The notes: a model not told the origin generated them from the letters alone. A stretch of 64,000 nt of DNA from Verrucomicrobiota bacterium (GCA_029548565.1 JAKPNF010000079.1:2101-66100); one strand, 5' to 3'. Shown: positions 8,604-18,000, counted from the first letter of the stretch. Program-made: numbers and translations.

Positions 8604-11099
8604 ATGCGAAATAAAATCTTCATTCTTGTGGCCGGTGTTTTGGCGGTACTGGTGGCTGCTGTTTTTTTCAGCCAAAAGGCGGGCAGCCTGTTTGAAAAAA
8701 AGCCCACCCTGCGCACCGACGGCACGCTCGATTACGCGCGCTTTTTCAACGAGCAACTGGGAAAAATGTCACCCGCCGACCGCGCGCTGTTTTTATACAA
8801 GCATTTTGAAAAACTCGACGACGCCCAGTTGCCCGTTATTTTTGCCCAACAAAAGGATATCAACCCCATCTATCGCGACCAAGTGGCGGAAGTTCTCACC
8901 TATCGCTGGGCGGCCAGTGATTGCAACCACGCCTGGCAGGCGTTCGTGACGGAAAAATCATTTCCCATGAAACAGGCCCAGACGCTCATCCGCATCTGGG
9001 CGAACACCGACGTGCAAGGGGCGCTCAAGGCCATCCAGTCCCTCGAAAATACTGTCCACCAAAAAACACTGATCGGCCGGCTAGTCAGTGCCTACGCCGC
9101 CATCGACCCCAGGCAGGCCGCCGAAATCAGCCGCAACCCGGGCATTGAAGCCAAGGGGCAAGCACTGTCTGCCGCCATCGCGCTGTGGGCGCAGGCAGAT
9201 CTGGAAGGTGCCATCACCTACGCGCTTGAAAACGACCTGGCCGGCAACCTGCGTGAAGTATTCGCCTACGAGATTTACCCCAATGGCGGCTACGACGCAA
9301 TGGTCGCGCGCCTAAACTCCTTCAACGAAAAAGACCGCGACAAGGCCGTCGGCGCCATCTTGGAACACCACGCCTTCGTCTTGTTTTACGCCGATGATAT
9401 CGAACGGCTGCTCAACGAATTCCCCTCCCCCGACAGGGACACACAGCACAAACGCTTCAAAACCCTCTTTTACCACCTGTGCAACCGCGATATTCGCGAC
9501 GCCTTCGAGCGCATGCTCAAACTAAGCGACGCGGCGCTGCAAAAGGAGCTCATTAGAATTTCTTTTTACTCTTTTTCGCAGGCCGACACGCCGGCCGCCC
9601 TTAATTTTTTGACCCGCCTGCAAACGATCCTCAAAGAAAAGGATTTTCTCGACGTGGTGCGCGATGTGTCGTACGGACTGCTCAGGCGTGATCCGATCGG
9701 CACCGTCGCTTTTCTCAACACCCTACAGTACGACCCTAGGCTCGAGGAAATAAAACACCGCCTGCCCGATTATCTCGATTATGAGGGCGACAATCTGGAC
9801 AAGGCGGTGGAACTTTTCTCGACGTTCAAATTTTCAAAAGATTATGAGAAACCGTCGCTGTACGCGAATTTCGCGGCCCGTCTTTTTCGAAAGGACCCCG
9901 AGGCCGCTCTGCGTTTTATGCAGACGCTGCAAGACCCCAAAATCAAGCAGGCAATCGGCAGCAGATACGTCGAGGAGACAACCAAAAAGGACTTCGCCAA
10001 GGGTCTGGCCCTATACAAAGAATTGTCCGCAAGTATCGGGCGTGCTTGGTTTTCATTCTACGACGCGGAGAATTTCGACGCCGTAGCCTATATGAAAATG
10101 GCGCGCGAGGCGCTCACCGGGTACACGCAGGCTGAAACGCTGGGCAACATCGTTTCGGAAGCTTTCCGCCGCAACGATGCCAGCGCCACGGAATTATTTG
10201 ACTCTCTGCCTGAGGGTCAGGCCAAGGAAAATGCGTTCAGAACGCTTATGCACGAGTTGGCACAAAATGACCCTATGAAGGCGCTGGAACTGCTGGAAAC
10301 TCAAGGCTCCGAACCGTCTACGCGCTATTCCAAAAACTGGCTGCTGGGCGAAATCGTCAAAAAAGATTTCGAAGGGGGGCTGGCCATGTTGCACTCAGAG
10401 CAATGGCTGCCAAAAATTTTCGGCAATGAGGACACCTGGTCGTTCAGCGGCGAAGGCGGCCTGATTTCACAACTGATGAAAACAGACGCCGCGCTGGTGC
10501 GCGCGCATATCGAGCAGATGCCCGAACAGTACAAAGCGCAGGCGCTATCGGCTTATATATTAAGGTTGGCCAGCGACAACGCCGCTGTCGCCGCCCAAGA
10601 GCTCACAAACCTGCCAGATTCGCAACAAACACGCGACGTGACACAAAATGTCCTGCGCCAATGGTCGGAATTTCAACCGCGCCAGGCCATGCAGTGGGTC
10701 TGCGAGCAATACCCCGACAGCGAGGACAAAACCGCCGCCATGCACTATAAAGATGTCCTGCGCCAATGGGTCAAGGTCGAGCCTGAAGCGGCCTCGCAAT
10801 GGCTCGCCGAGCAACCTGCGGGGCTGGCGCGCGATTCCATGGTCGTGGGGCTGATCGATAGCGAAAAATACGGCGAGCCGGAAGTTTCCATGCAATGGGC
10901 GCAAAGCATCACGGACAAAAATCGGCGCGAAGGTAGCATTGCCGGTATTTTTTCCGTTTGGCGCACCTTCGATCCGCAGGCGGCCACTCAGGCGCTCGAA
11001 ACCTCGGGACTGGGACCGGAAAGAATAAAAGAACTAATACAGCAGCCACTGCTGCGTCACGAAACCCACAATAACTACCGCACTTACTATTTTCACTAA
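8604..11099 (+). CDS. Membrane-anchored alpha-helical repeat protein (W-x3-DP-x2-A-x2-W type repeats)
   Basis: N-terminal TM IFILVAGVLAVLVAAVFF. Recurring ~35-40-aa units, e.g. VLRQWSEFQPRQAMQWV, VLRQWVKVEPEAASQWL, IFSVWRTFDPQAATQAL, LVSAYAAIDPRQAAEI. Confidence 0.75.
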   Translation: MRNKIFILVAGVLAVLVAAVFFSQKAGSLFEKKPTLRTDGTLDYARFFNEQLGKMSPADRALFLYKHFEKLDDAQLPVIFAQQKDINPIYRDQVAEVLTYRWAASDCNHAWQAFVTEKSFPMKQAQTLIRIWANTDVQGALKAIQSLENTVHQKTLIGRLVSAYAAIDPRQAAEISRNPGIEAKGQALSAAIALWAQADLEGAITYALENDLAGNLREVFAYEIYPNGGYDAMVARLNSFNEKDRDKAVGAILEHHAFVLFYADDIERLLNEFPSPDRDTQHKRFKTLFYHLCNRDIRDAFERMLKLSDAALQKELIRISFYSFSQADTPAALNFLTRLQTILKEKDFLDVVRDVSYGLLRRDPIGTVAFLNTLQYDPRLEEIKHRLPDYLDYEGDNLDKAVELFSTFKFSKDYEKPSLYANFAARLFRKDPEAALRFMQTLQDPKIKQAIGSRYVEETTKKDFAKGLALYKELSASIGRAWFSFYDAENFDAVAYMKMAREALTGYTQAETLGNIVSEAFRRNDASATELFDSLPEGQAKENAFRTLMHELAQNDPMKALELLETQGSEPSTRYSKNWLLGEIVKKDFEGGLAMLHSEQWLPKIFGNEDTWSFSGEGGLISQLMKTDAALVRAHIEQMPEQYKAQALSAYILRLASDNAAVAAQELTNLPDSQQTRDVTQNVLRQWSEFQPRQAMQWVCEQYPDSEDKTAAMHYKDVLRQWVKVEPEAASQWLAEQPAGLARDSMVVGLIDSEKYGEPEVSMQWAQSITDKNRREGSIAGIFSVWRTFDPQAATQALETSGLGPERIKELIQQPLLRHETHNNYRTYYFH

Positions 11100-11120
11100 G
11101 ATAACACGCTCTCATATTCC

Positions 11121-13475
11121 ATGCGCATTTTTTATTTTCAACTATTTTGGCTGCTGGCCGGGACGCAGGTTTTCGGCGTGCCCGGCGCCGCCGAACAATT
11201 GCAAACGTTGGCCAAAGCGCCCGACAACTTTGAGCGCGCCGCCGCGCTCGAGCAACTCGCCCACGACACGCCCAAGACACAACTGCCGCAATTGCTTGAG
11301 GCCGCCCACGGCCTCAAGCGCCACTTTGGCGAGCAGGCGCTACAAGTCATCCTATCTCATTGGGCCACCAAAGACCCGCAAACCGCCTTCGAGGCCACGC
11401 AAAAACTGCCCGGCGGGCTCTGGCAACGCGAAAGTTCCATGACGTTTTTCAAAGCATGGGGTTATCACGACCCGCAGGCCGCCTTTGAAACGATTGCAGC
11501 CCACAGAAAAACGGGGCAATCCGCTTATATGCTGGACGGGTTTTGGGAAGGCTATGCCGACAAGGACCCTTTGGCGGCTTTCGCGTTTTGGCTCGAGCAG
11601 CGCGACCGTCACCCTGAATGGCTTTCTAATTTTGACAGCAAGTGCGCCGGGCGCATCTTCAACAGTGCAATGACACGCGCGCCCAAACAAATGCTAGATG
11701 CCGTGCTCGCCATCAAGGACAATCGCACCATTAGTGAAAGCACCCTGCTTAACCCGCTGATGAAAAATTGGTTCGAGGCGGATCCCGAGGGGGCAATCAA
11801 AGCCTGCGCGCAGAGCGCGGTGCCGCACGAGCAGAAGATAAAATTAATACGCGCGCTGGCGTACAGCCACGCGGTGAAAGCGCAGCAAGCGCCGAGTGTC
11901 ACAAAGCTCATTGACCGCCTCGCAAGAGGCCATGAAGCCTCTTCGCTTTACCATTCGCTGTTTAACTCGATCGCATGGTCAAATCCCGCCGACGCGTTTG
12001 ATGGTGCGCTGAAAATTGAAGCCTCCCAAAAGCGCGATTCCGCGCTTAGAGGGGTGCTAACTTCCTGGGTGCAAAAAAATCCCGAGCAGGCGCTCGCGCG
12101 TATCGGGCAAATCGAGCACGATGACCTGCGAGCACAATGCACAGAGCAATTTTGGAAAACCGTCGGTTACATGCAAAGCGACAAGGCGTTGGATTTTATT
12201 CGGAAGATTGAGGATCCAAAACAGCAACGCCGCGCGCTGTTCGAATATGCGGGATCTTCCGTTTATTCGCACAATTTCGACATCGATGCCTTTTTGGAAA
12301 AACTGCCAGACCCCCAGGAACGCCAGGGCGTGCTGCGCACTATGCTCAAAAACGCGCGCTACGATATTTTTGAGTCTAATCAAAACACAAAAAACCTGAA
12401 ATCTTTGCGCAAATACGCCCTGGAGCTGCCTCCTTCACAGGAAAAAATTCAAGTGCTGACTTCGCTGCTCGACCCCAGGGACATCAAGGGCTCGTTACAA
12501 TGGATCAATGAAAACACCCAAGGCGTGCAAGCCGAGCGGCTCGTCGAGTACCTGTTTTCACCTAACCGTAATTGGCATAACAGGGAAAACGTGTCGTTTG
12601 AAGTGTACCAACTACTGCCCGATGGCCGCCTGCGCGACGAGGTATTGCCCTACGTCGCGCAGAGCATGGCGCTCAAGCAGCCGGAAATCGTCGCCCAGTG
12701 GCTTAGTGAAATGCCGGCGAGCTGGGCGCGCAACGCCGCCTACGGCGCCTATGTGGGCGCGCTGGCAAAAAACGACCCGCAAGCCGCCATCGAGGCGCTT
12801 CAAAACGCTCCGGAAAATTATGTGCCCGCCGGCGAAATAAGTGACATCGCCTTTACCTACGCGTCAAAAGACCCCGCCGCCGCATTGCAGTGGTCGCTGG
12901 AGATTGGAAACGATTCTTTGCGCACACAGGCGCTGACGGCATTGGCCAATGCCTGGGGCAAAAACGACCCACTTCTGGCTCTGCAAACCTTTCGCGCCCT
13001 TGAGGACGAAAAACTTTCCAACATGGGCATATATAATACCGCCATAAATTGGGCGCAAAAAGACCCCGAGCAAGCGCGCCAATGGGTCGAGGTCAACGTC
13101 GCGCAAGACCCCAAAGCGGCCGCGCAGGTGACCAGCGCGCTTATGGAAAGCTGGGTTTCGCTCGACCCGCAGGCAGCATCCCAATGGATGGCCGACTTGC
13201 CCGAGGGACAACAGCGCATCGCGGCGATCGTCGGCCTAGCGCAGTCTCGGGAATTATACAAATCCCCCGACGCGGTGCTCGAATGGGTGATGACCCTGCC
13301 CGCCGACGAAAAATTCAACTACGGCAGGCATCCGACAGACCGCAAGACTTTGATGACCCGGACGCTCGAAAGGCTAAAATACAATGATCGCAAGGCCCTC
13401 GAAGCATTTTCTCAGCGCACCGACATCTCGCAAGCGGAAAGGAATTTGGCCACTGCGGTGCTTAATCGCGAGTAA
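11121..13475 (+). CDS. Secreted or anchored alpha-helical repeat protein, paralogue of 8604..11099
   Basis: Starts 21 nt after the upstream gene. At least 12 repeats, e.g. ILSHWATKDPQTAFEA, FFKAWGYHDPQAAFET, VLTSWVQKNPEQALAR, LANAWGKNDPLLALQT, AINWAQKDPEQARQWV, LMESWVSLDPQAASQWM. Confidence 0.75.
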   Translation: MRIFYFQLFWLLAGTQVFGVPGAAEQLQTLAKAPDNFERAAALEQLAHDTPKTQLPQLLEAAHGLKRHFGEQALQVILSHWATKDPQTAFEATQKLPGGLWQRESSMTFFKAWGYHDPQAAFETIAAHRKTGQSAYMLDGFWEGYADKDPLAAFAFWLEQRDRHPEWLSNFDSKCAGRIFNSAMTRAPKQMLDAVLAIKDNRTISESTLLNPLMKNWFEADPEGAIKACAQSAVPHEQKIKLIRALAYSHAVKAQQAPSVTKLIDRLARGHEASSLYHSLFNSIAWSNPADAFDGALKIEASQKRDSALRGVLTSWVQKNPEQALARIGQIEHDDLRAQCTEQFWKTVGYMQSDKALDFIRKIEDPKQQRRALFEYAGSSVYSHNFDIDAFLEKLPDPQERQGVLRTMLKNARYDIFESNQNTKNLKSLRKYALELPPSQEKIQVLTSLLDPRDIKGSLQWINENTQGVQAERLVEYLFSPNRNWHNRENVSFEVYQLLPDGRLRDEVLPYVAQSMALKQPEIVAQWLSEMPASWARNAAYGAYVGALAKNDPQAAIEALQNAPENYVPAGEISDIAFTYASKDPAAALQWSLEIGNDSLRTQALTALANAWGKNDPLLALQTFRALEDEKLSNMGIYNTAINWAQKDPEQARQWVEVNVAQDPKAAAQVTSALMESWVSLDPQAASQWMADLPEGQQRIAAIVGLAQSRELYKSPDAVLEWVMTLPADEKFNYGRHPTDRKTLMTRTLERLKYNDRKALEAFSQRTDISQAERNLATAVLNRE

Positions 13476-13793
13476 TTAAAAAAAGTTGCAAAGACTCGGG
13501 CTGTTCCTCGCCAAACAAATTATGCCGCTATAACAAACGGCATTCAACAGACAGATTATCCCTATGCCCCGCAAGGTGGGCGGGCTGCGTCGCGGCAGTC
13601 AAAATACGCCGCACGGCAATACAAACTCAATAAACGAGCTATGTGACCGCGAGAAAAATCCTCTGGGCACTGACAAGCGAAGGATATTTAGGCGAAACAA
13701 AACATGACCAGGCCGTGACGAATGAATCATACCTAGCGATAGGTACCTTCAGGCAAAGCCGGATGCAGGGTCGATCACCTTTTCTATAGACAA

Positions 13794-13830
13794 GGCAACC
13801 TCGCAGAGAAAAACCTCCGCGAGGTTTGCC
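13794..13830. other. Stem-loop in a convergent intergenic region
   Basis: GGCAACCTCGC (13794-13804) pairs with GCGAGGTTTGCC (13819-13830), with a one-nt bulge. No flanking T-run. Confidence 0.5.
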
Positions 13831-13851
13831 AACGTTGCAGAATGGCTTTCA

Positions 13852-13888
13852 CCGCGCGGCGGGGGGATAAAAAACCCCGTCGGCGCGG
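13852..13888. other. GC-rich stem-loop in a convergent intergenic region
   Basis: CCGCGCGGCGGGG (13852-13864) pairs imperfectly with CCCCGTCGGCGCGG (13875-13888). The loop is A-rich. Confidence 0.5.
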
Positions 13889-13962
13889 AAGGCCACGCTG
13901 CTTCAAAGTCCGACACGCTTGGCTCCAAAGAACGTCACGCGCCGGGCTGATGCAAGGTTGCC

Positions 13963-14493
13963 TTATTTCTTCTTGGCAGCTTTTTTCTTAGCCGGGGCCT
14001 TTTTCTTGGCCGGGGCCTTTTTCTTGGCGGGAGCCTTCTTGGCGACGGCTTTCTTGGCAACAGCCTTCTTCTTGGCCGGCGCTTTCTTCTTAGCCGGAGC
14101 CTTCTTGGCAACGGCCTTCTTGGCTACTTTTTTCTTAGCAGGTTTTTTAGCAGGCATGGCGATATGTTGTGTTAGGTTTATGTTTAATCCGCTGCGCGGA
14201 TTGGTTGGCAGTGCGTCCAATGCGGTTCGCAGAAGCTCGCCCACGCTCACGCGGTGTGCCCGCGCGGCGTTGAGTAAAAGCGCCTTTTGTTCCGCAGGCA
14301 GACGCACCGAAAGCTGCCTATGTGCGGGCTTGCCCGCGTCAAATTCGCCAAAATCGAAAGTGCCGATCGCATAGCGAACCACGTCGCTGAGCGAACGCGC
14401 GCCGCTTTTGTTTTGAAAAGACGACACACGCTCAAGGAGGTCTTCCTTGATGTCGAAAGTCAGCGGGGAAACGCTCTCTTCAACTACGGGCAT
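13963..14493 (-). CDS. Tandem ribbon-helix-helix DNA-binding protein with a histone-H1-like Lys/Ala/Pro C-terminal tail
   Basis: Two RHH-like units: LTFDIKEDLLERV...SLSDVVRYAIG and LSVRLPAEQKALLLNAARAHRVSVGELLRTALDAL. These are followed by a 64-aa tail MPAKKPAKKKVAKKAVAKKAPAKKKAPAKKK... Confidence 0.75.
   Translation of the reverse strand: MPVVEESVSPLTFDIKEDLLERVSSFQNKSGARSLSDVVRYAIGTFDFGEFDAGKPAHRQLSVRLPAEQKALLLNAARAHRVSVGELLRTALDALPTNPRSGLNINLTQHIAMPAKKPAKKKVAKKAVAKKAPAKKKAPAKKKAVAKKAVAKKAPAKKKAPAKKKAPAKKKAAKKK
13966..14157 (-). repeat. Coding tandem repeat (AKK/PAKKK units, including a 66-nt / 22-aa duplication)
   Basis: The protein segment VAKKAVAKKAPAKKKAPAKKKA occurs twice in tandem. 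The DNA copies differ by synonymous changes. Confidence 0.85.
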
Positions 14494-14514
14494 GTATGCG
14501 ATTTGTTTTTGGAG

Positions 14515-14533
14515 GTATCAAAGAATTTGATAC
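14515..14533. promoter_or_regulatory. Palindromic candidate operator upstream of the RHH-H1 gene
   Basis: GTATCAAA-gaa-TTTGATAC has perfect 8-bp arms and sits 22 nt upstream of the ATG at 14493. The related direct repeat TTCCCGATAC occurs at 14622-14631 and 14643-14652. Confidence 0.35.
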
Positions 14534-14815
14534 ATCTTTTGGGTACACTTTACGCTTATTTTTTTGAAATGCAATAAAAATTTTTCATTTTTTTTAAAAA
14601 AGTTTTTCGACCGTACCAAAATTCCCGATACACCGTAGGGTTTTCCCGATACGCCCTGTACCCTTTTTGTCAATACAAAGCGGTAGTTGGCAGGCCAATA
14701 CACTGTCCCGAAAGTTTAAATACGTTTGGCTGCCTCCAATAAGCCGCCAAAAGACACGCTCTTGGCCGAAAAATTCTTCAACCGCCCTTCCCCGCTCTGC
14801 CGTCCGAAACGATTC

Positions 14816-15697
14816 TTAGCGCTCCAGAAATTTCCTGATCGCGGGGATGACCGTATCGCCCGCGTCTTCCAGTAGATAGTGTCCCGCATCCGGCACCATG
14901 AGCGGCTCGGATTCAGGAAAACGGCGGCGAAATTCCTCGAAAAATTTGGGCGTGAAGCAAAAGTCCGCCCCGCCCCATGGAAGCATAAGCGGCTTATATC
15001 GCAGCAGTTGCAGTCCCTTGTCTATGCGTTCCAGCTCCTCGTAGCTGGGGTGCGCCTTCTCCATCGGAATGTCCTGCACAAAGCGCGCGACAGCCACGCG
15101 GTTTTTCCAATTGTTGTAGGGCCAGAGGTAGCCGTGGCGCACGGCCGGCGGCAGTTTTTTCTTAACCGCCATGAACGTCGCGGGCCACGCGAAGGCGTTG
15201 AACCCGCGCACCAAAATCTCGCCCAAAACCGGCGTGCGGCACAGCGCGATGCTGCCCGGAATGTCCTTGGACAAAAAAGCCCCCGTGTTCATGAGCACGA
15301 TGCGCCGCACGCGGTCAGGCTCAAGCGTGGCGATACCCATCGCCACGGCGCCCCCCCAATCGTGCGCGACCAAGTCGTATTGCTGGATGCCCAAAGAATC
15401 AATTAACGCGCGCACATGCGCAATGCGGTGGCGCAGGCGGTAAGAAAATTCCTGCGGCTTGTCGGACAGCCCGCAACCGAGGTGATCGGGCGCGATGCAG
15501 CGGAAATCCGGTGCCAACTCCTTTATCAAATTACGGTAATAAAAAGACCAGGTCGGGTTGCCGTGCAACATCACGACGGGGCGCCCCTGCCCTACGTCGA
15601 CATACTGAATGCGTCCCACGCCCGTCTCAAACCAGTGATGCTTGAACGGGTAAAGGGCGCGAATGTCGGGCGGCAGCAGAGAAATGTCTGTCATCAC
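14816..15697 (-). CDS. Alpha/beta hydrolase, haloalkane-dehalogenase-like (OleB-like)
   Basis: VVMLHGNPTWSFYYRNL, CIAPDHLGCGLSDKP and the nucleophile-elbow region LVAHDWGGAV. Lies 10 nt downstream of the OleA-like gene. Confidence 0.7.
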   Translation of the reverse strand: MMTDISLLPPDIRALYPFKHHWFETGVGRIQYVDVGQGRPVVMLHGNPTWSFYYRNLIKELAPDFRCIAPDHLGCGLSDKPQEFSYRLRHRIAHVRALIDSLGIQQYDLVAHDWGGAVAMGIATLEPDRVRRIVLMNTGAFLSKDIPGSIALCRTPVLGEILVRGFNAFAWPATFMAVKKKLPPAVRHGYLWPYNNWKNRVAVARFVQDIPMEKAHPSYEELERIDKGLQLLRYKPLMLPWGGADFCFTPKFFEEFRRRFPESEPLMVPDAGHYLLEDAGDTVIPAIRKFLER

Positions 15698-15707
15698 GTG
15701 AAAGGGG

Positions 15708-16736
15708 TTAAAATTGCAGCGCGGCCATCTGGCAGGACAAACCGCTGCCGATGCCGAGCAAGGCGGCCTTGTCGCCAGGCTTGAGTGCGCCCGCTTCGAT
15801 GGCGGTTGAGAGCGTCAGCGGCAATGAGACACTGCCGACATTGCCCATCGTCTCAAAGGTGGAAAAATCTTTCGCGATGTCCAGTCCCAGCGCCTCGTAC
15901 AGGCGCAACTGATGGCGGCGGCCTACCTGATGACAGATCACGTGGTCAGGCGTGGCGGGTGTCCAACTAGTTTGGGCGGAAAAATCACCCCAAGTCGCGC
16001 GGGCGAGCGCGATGCCCGCTTCCAGCAGCGCCTCGGAGTCCGTGCGCATATCCAGCGCGTCGCCGCTGCTGTTGCCCTCGCACAAGGAATTGGAGGCGGT
16101 GTCGGTACGCGCGCAGGCGGCCAGCAGTTTGGGCGAGCCGGGCGAAAGATCCTCGCGGCACAAAAGCGCACCGACGGCTCCCGAGCCTATCGTGAGGTTC
16201 GCAAAAAAGGGCTTGATCGCATTGCGGCTGAGCGAGGGATCCAGCAGTTGCTTGATCGTGTGCTCGACCAGCGGAAACCCGTTTTCTCCCGAAAGCACGA
16301 GCGCGGTGTCGATCTGCCCGCTTTCAATCATGGAGGCGGCCGTGACCAGCCCGTTCATAAAGCCCAGGCAGGCGTTGGAAATGTCAAAAAAGCCCGTGCG
16401 CGCAGACAAACCCAGCGCGCCGTGCACATAAGCGGCGGTGGCCGGTTCCAAACGGTCGCGACAAACGGCGCAGTGAAACACCCAGTCGATTTTTTCTTTT
16501 GGCAGGCGCGTCTTTTCCAGAACCGCTTTGCCCGCCAGCGTACTGGCTTGGCTCGGCGTTGTGCCCGGGTTCCAAAAACGCCGCTCGCGAATGCCGGTCA
16601 TCAATTCCAAACGCCCCTTGGGCAGCTTCAGGCGTTCGTACAGGGGCGAAAGCTCGTCCTCCACGCGCTCGCTCGTCCACACGTTGGGCGGCAGCACGTG
16701 CGCGATCGATTCGATAACTGTCTTTGAAAATTTCAT
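15708..16736 (-). CDS. Thiolase-superfamily KAS III-like condensing enzyme, OleA-like
   Basis: Candidate catalytic residues: Cys in DISNACLGF, His in VICHQVG, Asn in MGNVGS. RDRLEPATA resembles the Glu-bearing OleA segment. C-terminal ALLGIGSGLSCQMAALQF. Lacks the FabH G-x-G-x-Y-x-P N-terminus and the AAC[AS]GF motif. Confidence 0.65.
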   Translation of the reverse strand: MKFSKTVIESIAHVLPPNVWTSERVEDELSPLYERLKLPKGRLELMTGIRERRFWNPGTTPSQASTLAGKAVLEKTRLPKEKIDWVFHCAVCRDRLEPATAAYVHGALGLSARTGFFDISNACLGFMNGLVTAASMIESGQIDTALVLSGENGFPLVEHTIKQLLDPSLSRNAIKPFFANLTIGSGAVGALLCREDLSPGSPKLLAACARTDTASNSLCEGNSSGDALDMRTDSEALLEAGIALARATWGDFSAQTSWTPATPDHVICHQVGRRHQLRLYEALGLDIAKDFSTFETMGNVGSVSLPLTLSTAIEAGALKPGDKAALLGIGSGLSCQMAALQF

Positions 16737-16742
16737 CTTCGT

Positions 16743-17540
16743 TTACTCTGGCCGGCTGGCCAAACGCACGATCTCCGCGTCAAAATAATTGATGTCCATC
16801 CCCGCGTTGACAGTGACGCCCTGCGCGTTGACACCGCTGGAGCGTTCGGACAAAAGAAACACGGCCACGTCAGCCACTTCCTGCGTTTTGAGCGCCTGCT
16901 TGCGCATCGTCATCTTTTCGGCGTACAAATAATTGTCCATGTAGCCGGGGATGCCCGCCGATGCGCTGGTCTTGAGCGGCCCGGCGTTCACGGTGTTGAA
17001 GCGCACCCGCGTGTCTTTTGAAAAACTCTTGGCCAAAAAACGCGCGCAGGATTCCAGCGCGGCTTTGATCGGCGACATATAGCCGTAGTTCTCCGCCGTC
17101 ACCTGCGAGGAGATGCCCAGCGCCACGACCGAGGCATCATCGGTCAGATGCGGCTTGAACGCGCGCGCCAGTTCCACAAGCGAAAAGGCGGAGATAGTGG
17201 CCGCCTGCAAAAAATCCGCGCGCTTGGTTTCATGAAAAGGCTTCATGCCCTCGGCGTAATTGGCCCAGGCCACCGAATGCAGCAGCCCCGCAAACGGCGC
17301 GTGCGCGGCGGCTTGGGCGGCCAGCGCGTCGATGTCGCTTGGGTTTTCAAAATCGCACACATAGACGGGGTCGTCGCCCGTCAGCGCGGCGACGCTTTCC
17401 TTGCGCGCGGCGCTGCGCACGCTGTACACAACCTTTGCGCCTTGCTCCTTAAGCGTGCGCGCGACATGCCAGGCCACGCTTTTTTTATTGGCGAGCCCCG
17501 TGATCAGAAACGTTTTTCCCTCGAGGTTTAAAAAGGACAT
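16743..17540 (-). CDS. FabI-family enoyl-(acyl-carrier-protein) reductase-like SDR
   Basis: N-terminal LEGKTFLITGLANKKSVAW (E. coli FabI has GKRILVTGVASKLSIAY). Tyr-x6-Lys in YGYMSPIKAAL. RFNTVNAGPLKTSA. Confidence 0.75.
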   Translation of the reverse strand: MSFLNLEGKTFLITGLANKKSVAWHVARTLKEQGAKVVYSVRSAARKESVAALTGDDPVYVCDFENPSDIDALAAQAAAHAPFAGLLHSVAWANYAEGMKPFHETKRADFLQAATISAFSLVELARAFKPHLTDDASVVALGISSQVTAENYGYMSPIKAALESCARFLAKSFSKDTRVRFNTVNAGPLKTSASAGIPGYMDNYLYAEKMTMRKQALKTQEVADVAVFLLSERSSGVNAQGVTVNAGMDINYFDAEIVRLASRPE

Positions 17541-17559
17541 GGCGCGGGCGGTGCGGGTT

Positions 17560-18000
17560 TTAAGACTGCGGGTTTTCTTCCGCCAGCATAGCGACAGTGA
17601 AATCGACCGACAAGACCAGTTTGCCGTCCTGCCGCACGATGCCGTGCAGCGTGAAAAATTTGTTTTGGCTCACTTCGCCGAGTTTTACCTCGATCGTGGT
17701 CACCGCGCCCGGGCGCACCATGTTTTTAAACTTCGCGCCGTGAATGCGGCCCAAAACGGGCACGGTTTTTTCGCCCGCGGGCATCTTGTCCGCCAAAAAC
17801 ACGGCCGCCGCCTGAAACACCGACTCGCACAGAAGCACTCCCGGCGTCAGCGGATTGCCCGGGTAATGCCCCGCGTAAAAGGCGCTGTCCGCGCGCCACA
17901 GGTGCTCGGCAACCAGGCCGTCTTCGCGGCGTTCAAGCACCTTGTCCACAAACAAAAACGGCGGACGGTGCGGGATTTTTTGCGTGACGGTGTCGTTCAT
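17560..18000 (-). CDS. FabZ/FabA-like hotdog-fold 3-hydroxyacyl-ACP dehydratase
   Basis: [13 protein letters not shown] and [23 protein letters not shown] are the FabZ signatures (catalytic His, and Glu in the LCES segment). Its start overlaps the upstream stop as ATGA. Confidence 0.75.
   Translation of the reverse strand: MNDTVTQKIPHRPPFLFVDKVLERREDGLVAEHLWRADSAFYAGHYPGNPLTPGVLLCESVFQAAAVFLADKMPAGEKTVPVLGRIHGAKFKNMVRPGAVTTIEVKLGEVSQNKFFTLHGIVRQDGKLVLSVDFTVAMLAEENPQS

Noticed and set aside
13476-13962. Possible tmRNA, RNase P RNA or SRP RNA in the long ORF-free spacer
   Set aside because: I could not find a tRNA-like acceptor/T-arm (GGTTCGAATCC-type), the GGAAAGTCCGGGC or ACAGAACCCGGCTTA RNase P motifs, or the SRP GGAAGCAGCC-type motif on either strand. 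The region is reported only as an unexplained spacer.
13966-14157. Short-period DNA repeats that could resemble a CRISPR or VNTR array
   Set aside because: The repeats are in-frame coding sequence for the Lys/Ala tail. There are no unique spacers or repeat-spacer architecture.
14518-14703. 61-aa ORF in the AT-rich region upstream of the RHH-H1 gene
   Set aside because: It lies in a promoter-like AT-rich spacer, has unusual composition and no motif. It more likely reflects chance absence of stop codons.
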